Origin: an uncultured Bacilli bacterium
GTDB taxonomy: Bacteria > Bacillota_I > Bacilli_A > RF39 > UBA660
Assembly: GCA_944351765.1 (NCBI GenBank)
Contig: CALVPR010000002.1
Span: forward strand, 1 to 63,430
Direction: 5' to 3'
DNA length: 63,430 bases
Below, in pieces: positions 57,409-63,430 of the stretch (its first letter is position 1; every line of letters begins with the position of its first letter). Position numbers and translations under genes: made by a program. Under the pieces are notes generated by a model, which was given only the letters and a program-made list of their open reading frames with translations, made no database searches and was not told the origin of the DNA.

Positions 57409-58133
57409 TCGGCACCTCCTAAGTCTTTGATTGCTATTATTTTTTTCATAAATATGTATATTAAAATTATTAATAAAATAGAAAACATGATAAACATCAT
57501 AGTATTATTAAATATTATTTTTTCGTTTATTATAGTTATTGTAAATGTTGTACATAAATAATTAATAAATATATTACTACCTATTGCAAATAAATAACTA
57601 TAAAAATATTCATCAAATATTAAATAAATAATTATAAAAATATTAACACTAATTAAACAAAATAAATATTTAAGAATAAATAATTTTATAAAGAATAATG
57701 GAAACATAAATACACCCGTTACAAAATAATAATATAAAAGTAATACTAAAACATAAATAACAGTCATTATAAAGCTATATATTAAAGAAAACACATATAT
57801 ATTTTTAATTACTTTATCTCTTCCTATATTTACTGTAGCCATTGGAAAATCATTTAAGAAAAAAGATATAATTTGTAATATTGGATAAAATATTATACAT
57901 AAATAACAAATTGTAAAAATAGAAAATAATATTATATTTATATTTTCAAAATCTATTGGGTATATTAAACATCCAATTAAATACTCTTGTCTAACATCCA
58001 TATTTTTTGATATAAATACTTCATAAATAGATTGAATATATGGTTTAGAAATAAATATGTTAAGAATAAGTATTATAGTTATTATTAAATAAATTTTTTT
58101 ACTTTTAAATATTGTCTTTAATAAACTACTCAT
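57405..58133 (-). CDS. Polytopic membrane protein (putative ABC permease component)
   Basis: 242 aa and highly hydrophobic, with 4-nt overlaps at both ends. Confidence 0.45.
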   Translation of the reverse strand: MSSLLKTIFKSKKIYLIITIILILNIFISKPYIQSIYEVFISKNMDVRQEYLIGCLIYPIDFENINIILFSIFTICYLCIIFYPILQIISFFLNDFPMATVNIGRDKVIKNIYVFSLIYSFIMTVIYVLVLLLYYYFVTGVFMFPLFFIKLFILKYLFCLISVNIFIIIYLIFDEYFYSYLFAIGSNIFINYLCTTFTITIINEKIIFNNTMMFIMFSILLIILIYIFMKKIIAIKDLGGAE

Positions 58134-59047
58134 ATATAATCATTAATTCTCCTTTTTACTATAATAATACAAATTATTAACAAGAATATAAACAAGATTA
58201 TTGGATTAAAAATTATATTTAGATAAGATGGAAATACAGTTTGGTTTCCAATAAAATCATATATAGAAAAATAATTAAATATCATTGGTATTCCTATAAT
58301 ATTTGCTAAAACGATTTGAGATAAAAAGACAATTATTAAAAATAAGAAGGTGTTAACTTTTTTCTTCATTAAGAAAGTTGCTAAAATTACTATTATTGCA
58401 ATAATCATTCCATATAAAAAGCTTATTAATAAGTCCATACAACAAAGAATTATTGCATCATAATGTGTATAAATACTTTCCGCTACACTATTTAACAAAC
58501 TAAATTTTAAATAATGAGTATGAGAAAAACCAGGACTATAAAATATATTTAACAATAAATAATATAATAATTTAGGAATAACTGCTAATAATCCACCATA
58601 TATCAAAGTTGTCACAATTAGTGAACTAGTATATCTTTTTTGACCTAATTTTAATATTTTTAATCTTAAAAATCCATTATGAACTTCATCAAACAAATTA
58701 TTTCCAATAACATAAAATAAAAATAACGGAAATATTATTGTATATATTTTAAATATATTAGAACACTCTGTAATTAAATATATAAATGGCGCTGATAATA
58801 ACTTCATAATATCATTTTCCATATACATAATAACATCATTATCAATAATTAAATTACTAGCATTGCCATTTAAATAATAATCTATGTAATACTTTAAATA
58901 ATGATTATTAGTATAATTATTTACACCGTATAATATTTCATTTTTATTTATAAAAAATATGATAAAAAGTACTCCCAAACTAACTATTAAAAATAAAAAT
59001 GTTTTTTTAGTTAATAACTTATCTTTTAACAATTGCCAATTATTCAT
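58130..59047 (-). CDS. Polytopic membrane protein (putative ABC permease component)
   Basis: 305 aa with multiple TMs. First gene of the operon. Confidence 0.45.
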   Translation of the reverse strand: MNNWQLLKDKLLTKKTFLFLIVSLGVLFIIFFINKNEILYGVNNYTNNHYLKYYIDYYLNGNASNLIIDNDVIMYMENDIMKLLSAPFIYLITECSNIFKIYTIIFPLFLFYVIGNNLFDEVHNGFLRLKILKLGQKRYTSSLIVTTLIYGGLLAVIPKLLYYLLLNIFYSPGFSHTHYLKFSLLNSVAESIYTHYDAIILCCMDLLISFLYGMIIAIIVILATFLMKKKVNTFLFLIIVFLSQIVLANIIGIPMIFNYFSIYDFIGNQTVFPSYLNIIFNPIILFIFLLIICIIIVKRRINDYI

Positions 59048-59115
59048 TTAAATCTCCTTCTTATAAAAATACATTCCATACATTCTTTACCACAATATAT
59101 CATAAGTTTATTGTA

Positions 59116-59205
59116 ATTACAATAAATAATATAAAAAAAAGAATAATTAAATTAATAATTGTCTATTTAAAATATTCTTTATATAAATTATTAAATATTC
59201 CTAAA
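59116..59205. repeat. ~90-bp direct repeat, copy B
   Basis: Includes the last 43 nt of CDS 59163..59687 and the downstream sequence. Matches 51427-51534. Confidence 0.7.
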
Positions 59206-59687
59206 TGTATTTGTTCATCAACAATTATCCTTTTAAGTATATTAACAATATATTTATCCTTTATTACTTTAGTTAAATAATTATAATAATATATTGCTTG
59301 TGTTTCTGCCTCAATATTAATTCTTAATATTTCTTGTAAATTTGTATTATATTTTACATAAGAGGCATTAAAATATTTACTAAGCCCATTTTTATATGGT
59401 GAAGAATATATTGGTTTCACTCCAAGTAGCAGTATTAATTCTCCAAGTATTTCTAAATGTTTCATTTCTACTACCGATATTCTTTTTAATATATTAGAAA
59501 TATTTGGATATTCTTTTTCTAAAATTATTGATTGATATAAATATAAATGTATTGCTGTATCTTCACTAGTCTCACTGGCATAAGCTTTCCTAAGTAAATT
59601 AGCATATGAATAATTTTTAGTCTCTACTTCTATCTTTGGATAAGGTATTTTACTTTCAAATATCATATTATCCCTCCAATATATCAT
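59163..59687 (-). CDS. Ferritin-like di-iron/manganese-catalase-like (CotJC-like) protein
   Basis: Two E...ExxH pairs: SEDTAIHLY / VVEMKHLE and IEAETQAIY / VDEQIHLG. Confidence 0.55.
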   Translation of the reverse strand: MIYWRDNMIFESKIPYPKIEVETKNYSYANLLRKAYASETSEDTAIHLYLYQSIILEKEYPNISNILKRISVVEMKHLEILGELILLLGVKPIYSSPYKNGLSKYFNASYVKYNTNLQEILRINIEAETQAIYYYNYLTKVIKDKYIVNILKRIIVDEQIHLGIFNNLYKEYFK

Positions 59688-59710
59688 AGTACTTAAAATG
59701 AAAAAAAATG

Positions 59711-59959
59711 TTAATTTTCTTTAACACTTTTTATATTTTGAAGTTCAAAACGATATTTTTGTGAAACATCAGGATATTTTTCATGGTCAACTTCACTAGC
59801 AAACATATCGTAAGGTCTTATATATAATTGATTATCTCCATATAAAGCTCTATATACAACACATTTTTCCATAGTTTCAGAATATAGACCAATATCCTCC
59901 ACTATATAATAGTCTCCTTTAAAATGCTTATAAACTCCTTTAATTTTGACTTCATTCAT
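59711..59959 (-). CDS. DUF1653-like protein
   Basis: 82 aa. The pattern YKHFKGDYY.V......SET.E..VVYRALYG......RP..MF is as I recall for DUF1653. Confidence 0.5.
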   Translation of the reverse strand: MNEVKIKGVYKHFKGDYYIVEDIGLYSETMEKCVVYRALYGDNQLYIRPYDMFASEVDHEKYPDVSQKYRFELQNIKSVKEN

Positions 59960-61245
59960 TACAATTTCTCCTTTAAATTATTTTCTAAAACAGATAAATC
60001 ATTGGGACTCATAAATATGTAAACACTACCTTTATGTTTAGACAACTTTTCAGCATCAGCAATAGTTAAATGATATCCATGATTTAATTTATCTATTATT
60101 ATATTAGCTGTAATACTTGGATAATCTTCTTGTTTTTCTCTAGCAGGATGTATATCAAGTACATATGCATAATCAGCCATATTCAAATATCTTGCAATAT
60201 CACTTGCAAATCCTTCTGTTCTAGTAAAAGTATGTGGTTGAAATATTGCTACAATATTCTTATTAGGATACTTTTGTTTTATTGCTTCCATAGTTGCTTT
60301 AATTTCATTTGGATGATGTGCATAATCATCAATTATAATTGAATCATTAACTACCTCTTCACTAAATCTTCTTTTAGCCCCTTTAAACTTACTCAAATTA
60401 CTTTCTATAGTATTACTATCCATACCTTCTAAATAGCAAACCGTTATTACTGATAAAGCGTCTAATAATTGATGTTCCCCATATAATGGCAAATCAAATT
60501 TACCAAACAAATTATTATTTATATATACTTCAAATTTAATACCGTTTTCATTATACTCTATATTTTTAGCAATTACATCATTATTACTAGATAATCCATA
60601 AGTAATTGGCTCTTTATTTAATTTCATTTTTCCTGTATATAGATCATCTCCATACATAACAACTTTTTTTATCGTCTTATTTGCAAGTGTATTATAAGCA
60701 TCGATTACATCATCTATATCTTTAAAGTAATCAACATGATCTAAATCAATATTAGTAATTATTAAATAATAAGGAGTATAATTTAAGAAATGTCTTTTAT
60801 ATTCACAAGATTCCAAAGCAAAATAAGTATTTTCTTTTTTAGCAAATCCTGTTCCATCCCCAATTAAATAATTAGTATTGGGAAGCGAAATAGATAACAT
60901 TGCTGTAGTCGTTGTCTTTCCATGACAACCTGATACACATATTGTCTTAAATTTAGTTGTTAGTCTTCCTACCATTTCTTCATACGTAATAATTTCTAGA
61001 TTAAGTCTTTTGGCTTCCATTAATTCAACATTATCATCCGTTATAGAAGCCCCTTTAATTATTGTTAACCCTTCATATATATTACTTTTATCATATACAG
61101 TTACTTTTATATTTCTTTCATTTAAACCAATTTCTGTAAAAAAATGTTTGGCAATGTCACTTCCTTTTACTTCATAACCTAAATCGTTCATAATATTAGC
61201 AAGCGAACTCATCCCTGCCCCTTTAATTCCTATAAAATGATACAT
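59959..61245 (-). CDS. murC: UDP-N-acetylmuramate--L-alanine ligase
   Basis: HFIGIKGAGMSSLA, the Mur ligase P-loop GCHGKTTTT, and DDYAHHP. Confidence 0.9.
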   Translation of the reverse strand: MYHFIGIKGAGMSSLANIMNDLGYEVKGSDIAKHFFTEIGLNERNIKVTVYDKSNIYEGLTIIKGASITDDNVELMEAKRLNLEIITYEEMVGRLTTKFKTICVSGCHGKTTTTAMLSISLPNTNYLIGDGTGFAKKENTYFALESCEYKRHFLNYTPYYLIITNIDLDHVDYFKDIDDVIDAYNTLANKTIKKVVMYGDDLYTGKMKLNKEPITYGLSSNNDVIAKNIEYNENGIKFEVYINNNLFGKFDLPLYGEHQLLDALSVITVCYLEGMDSNTIESNLSKFKGAKRRFSEEVVNDSIIIDDYAHHPNEIKATMEAIKQKYPNKNIVAIFQPHTFTRTEGFASDIARYLNMADYAYVLDIHPAREKQEDYPSITANIIIDKLNHGYHLTIADAEKLSKHKGSVYIFMSPNDLSVLENNLKEKL

Positions 61246-61256
61246 AATATTCCCCC

Positions 61257-62357
61257 TTATTTTTTATATTTTTTAACGTGTGATTTAATTAATTCTTTAT
61301 CTTCAAAATAATTAATTCTCATTGCTTCTTTTACTTCTTTTATAGTAATATTAGCAACTTTTTCTGCTTTTTTACTTCCACTTTCTAATATATTATATAC
61401 TTCTTCTATTTTATTTTCATATATTTTTCTTTTTTCTCTAATTGGAGTTAATACTTCTTCAAGGACATTAAATAAAAATTTCTTAATTTTAACATCCCCT
61501 AGGCCTCCTCTTTGATAATGAGCTTTTAATTCATCTAAATTTTTATATTCTGGTAAATACTTATCAAAATATTTATTTTCACAAAAAGCATCTAAATATG
61601 TAAATACTGTATTCCCGTCTATTTTTCCTGGATCATCTATTTTTATATGATCAGGATCAGTATACATACTCATAACTTTCTTTCTAACTTCTTCAGTTGA
61701 ATCCGATAAGTAAATGCAATTCCCTAAACTTTTACTCATTTTAGCCTTACCGTCAGTTCCTGGTAATCTTAAACATACTTCATTATCTGGTAGTACTGCT
61801 TTAGGTTCTACTAATACTTCTTTTTTATATGTATTGTTAAATGTTCTAACAATTTCTCTAGTTTGTTCAATCATTGGAAGTTGATCTTCACCAACCGGAA
61901 CAATATTAGCTTTAAATGCCGTAATATCTGCAGCTTGACTAATCGGATAAGTCATAAATCCCACAGGTATAGATGTATTAAAATCTCTTAATTTAATTTC
62001 AGACTTAACTGTTGGATTTCTTTCTAACCTAGATACCGTAACTAAATTCATATAAAAAAACGTAAGTTCTGTTAACTGTGGTACTTGTGATTGAATAAAT
62101 AAAGTTACTTTATTAGGATCTAGCCCTACTGATAGATAATCAAGAGCAACCTCTATAATATTTTCTCTTATTTTTTCAGGATTGTCAGCATTATCTGTAA
62201 GTGCTTGAGCATCTGCAATCATTATATACATCTCATCATAATTACCGCTATCTTGTAACTTTACTCTTTCCCTAAGTGATCCTACAAAGTGACCTAAATG
62301 TAATTTACCCGTTGGTCTATCCCCTGTTAAAATTATATTTTTAGACATATTTCTCAT
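61257..62357 (-). CDS. trpS: Tryptophan--tRNA ligase
   Basis: Class I HIGH-type TGKLHLGH and KMSKS. Length and surrounding motifs are TrpRS-like. Confidence 0.8.
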   Translation of the reverse strand: MRNMSKNIILTGDRPTGKLHLGHFVGSLRERVKLQDSGNYDEMYIMIADAQALTDNADNPEKIRENIIEVALDYLSVGLDPNKVTLFIQSQVPQLTELTFFYMNLVTVSRLERNPTVKSEIKLRDFNTSIPVGFMTYPISQAADITAFKANIVPVGEDQLPMIEQTREIVRTFNNTYKKEVLVEPKAVLPDNEVCLRLPGTDGKAKMSKSLGNCIYLSDSTEEVRKKVMSMYTDPDHIKIDDPGKIDGNTVFTYLDAFCENKYFDKYLPEYKNLDELKAHYQRGGLGDVKIKKFLFNVLEEVLTPIREKRKIYENKIEEVYNILESGSKKAEKVANITIKEVKEAMRINYFEDKELIKSHVKKYKK

Positions 62358-62426
62358 CTCTTTTCTAACATAATTTTAGCATAATAATTACAATTAGTAA
62401 AGAAAAAGAAAACTAATAATTTATGG

Positions 62427-63296
62427 CTAATTATTAGTTTCTATTACCTTTTCTTCTTTATATTCATATGACAAAGCATTGTCTTTAACAATTACAGACT
62501 CACCAATTTCTTCTTCTAAATTTTTCCTGGTATTATTAGCAATTCTTCCCCCTCTTTTAGCTACTTCGATATTTTCATATAAACCTTTTGGTTTATGTTG
62601 TTTAGCAATTTCACGTGTTGCAAGTTCCCCCAAATCAGCAAGAGCAATTTCAATATCAGACATGTTATCCCGCAACGACTCTTTCCTAAGCCCCTTAAAA
62701 GATTTATACTCTTCAGCAGTCATACCAGACCAAGTTTTATAAATTTCATTTGTAAGTATTGCAAATTCTTTCCCTTCTTTTATTCCTCCATTCTTCCATA
62801 CATCCGTTAATTGTTTTCTATTTTGAATTCCAGATACTCTCTTTTTTATCCATGTTTCATCATAACCTTTTGACCTATATAAGTCTATTGACCTTTGAGC
62901 AGCAATAGATGGATCAAATACTTCATCAATCCTTTCACTTCCTAGTTTTGCTAACCAAAGTTTTACTGGTTCTGCTTTTTTAGATGGAATAGATTCAATT
63001 ATTCTAAACATTTCTTCAACATTACATACATCAGTCAAACGATATTTCCCATCTTTTGCTTTAAGTTTCAACTGGTGACAATTTGTCACCGTTTCATTTC
63101 CTTCTTCTTTTAATCTTTGCTTCAACTTATTCCAGTATTTTCTTCCATCTGTACTTTCTGTTAAAACACTAATTATATCAATAATACTTATATAATATTT
63201 TTCTTTGTCTTTATCCCACACAGTTCTAATAGTATTGTTATTAAACAATTTATTTACTAAATGCATTTTATCTTCCTGCATTATTACTTCCCCCAA
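62427..63296 (-). CDS. BRO-N / DinD-like DNA-damage-inducible protein
   Basis: N-terminal BRO-N-like IRTVWDKDKEKYYISIIDIISVL. The C-terminal half resembles DinD. A LexA box lies in its promoter. Confidence 0.5.
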   Translation of the reverse strand: MGEVIMQEDKMHLVNKLFNNNTIRTVWDKDKEKYYISIIDIISVLTESTDGRKYWNKLKQRLKEEGNETVTNCHQLKLKAKDGKYRLTDVCNVEEMFRIIESIPSKKAEPVKLWLAKLGSERIDEVFDPSIAAQRSIDLYRSKGYDETWIKKRVSGIQNRKQLTDVWKNGGIKEGKEFAILTNEIYKTWSGMTAEEYKSFKGLRKESLRDNMSDIEIALADLGELATREIAKQHKPKGLYENIEVAKRGGRIANNTRKNLEEEIGESVIVKDNALSYEYKEEKVIETNN

Positions 63297-63325
63297 TCTT
63301 TAATAAATTACATACTTATTATATA

Positions 63326-63338
63326 CGAACATATGTTC
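63326..63338. promoter_or_regulatory. LexA (Cheo/DinR) box
   Basis: cgaacatatgttc fits CGAAC-N4-GTTC. It lies 30 nt upstream of the start at 63296. Confidence 0.7.
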
Positions 63339-63384
63339 TGTGTCAATACATTTTTTAGAACAAAAGTCAAAATAAATTTTGACT

Positions 63385-63409
63385 AACTTACCTCACGGTA
63401 AGTTTTTTC
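63385..63409 (+). terminator. Plus-strand hairpin with T-run
   Basis: Stem aacttacc / ggtaagtt with loop tcac, followed by ttttt. It is preceded by a second hairpin, agtcaaaat/attttgact (63364-63383). Confidence 0.4.
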
Positions 63410-63430
63410 TACTTCACGGGAATTTATATT

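Noticed and set aside
51557-59047. A lantibiotic or bacteriocin biosynthetic gene cluster.
   Set aside because: Only sensing and export/immunity-type genes are present. There is no precursor peptide, LanB/C/M, radical-SAM maturase or C39-ABC exporter in the block.
62358-62426. T-box leader upstream of trpS.
   Set aside because: Only 69 nt separate trpS from the upstream gene. That is far too short for a T-box, and no specifier or T-box sequence was seen.
2600-62810. About 27 short plus-strand (and one minus-strand, 23178..23378) ORFs in the track. These are 2600, 8362, 12281, 12513, 13059, 15268, 15644, 17667, 19212, 24656, 26678, 30242, 30632, 31901, 37939, 39122, 43884, 44576, 45681, 46378, 50907, 53164, 60130, 62479, 62595 and others.
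   Set aside because: Each lies wholly antisense to, or overlapping, a long well-supported gene. Each translates to I/L/F/S-rich low-complexity strings typical of the antisense of AT-rich coding DNA. None has an RBS or a recognisable motif.
1-63430. Alternative genetic code (TGA=Trp, Mollicutes-like), considered because of the extreme AT content.
   Set aside because: Long housekeeping ORFs (lepA, murC, miaB, trpS, virB4) are uninterrupted under the standard code and end at sensible positions.

Overview
Very AT-rich chromosomal window from a low-GC Gram-positive (Bacillota-like) organism, judged from the sortase/LPXTG pair, a Cheo-type LexA box and miaB-ymcA synteny. Almost every credible gene is on the minus strand.

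(i) 1-15.4 kb holds housekeeping and envelope genes: an activase-type ATPase, YihY, a GGDEF sensor, an orphan PilB/GspE ATPase, a RicA-like protein, miaB, an RNB exoribonuclease and lepA. An IS30-family element (5286-6727) sits next to tRNA-Ser(GCU). Its transposase is broken by one in-frame TAA, and it is flanked by a 15-bp target duplication.

(ii) 15453-50554 is a ~35.1-kb integrative conjugative element (ICE). It carries a large serine recombinase, an ArdC-like block, an XRE switch, a VirD4-type coupling protein and a MobA/VirD2-type relaxase with RHH accessory genes. An oriT-like hairpin with an ATCCTG site lies beside the relaxase module. The transfer genes are an M23 hydrolase, VirB4, a PrgI/VirB3-like protein and a VirB6/TrbL-like protein. 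There are also a sortase with a thioester-domain LPXTG adhesin, an orphan DNA methyltransferase and a sigma-like regulator. The cargo includes a Gfo/Idh/MocA fusion, NUDIX, LysR and a secreted S1 protease. The ICE is inserted inside the PEGLP codons of a P-type cation (Ca2+-type) ATPase, whose halves lie at 13689-15443 and 50531-51415.

(iii) 51.4-59.2 kb is a ~7.6-kb accessory block (HAD hydrolase, two-component system, two ABC exporters). It is bracketed by ~100-bp direct repeats and contains dead fragments of ICE cargo genes.

(iv) 59.2-63.4 kb holds a ferritin-like protein, DUF1653, murC, trpS and a BRO-N/DinD-like gene behind a LexA box.

No rRNA, CRISPR array or phage structural genes were seen. 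All family calls come from motif recognition by eye; no database search or folding program was run.
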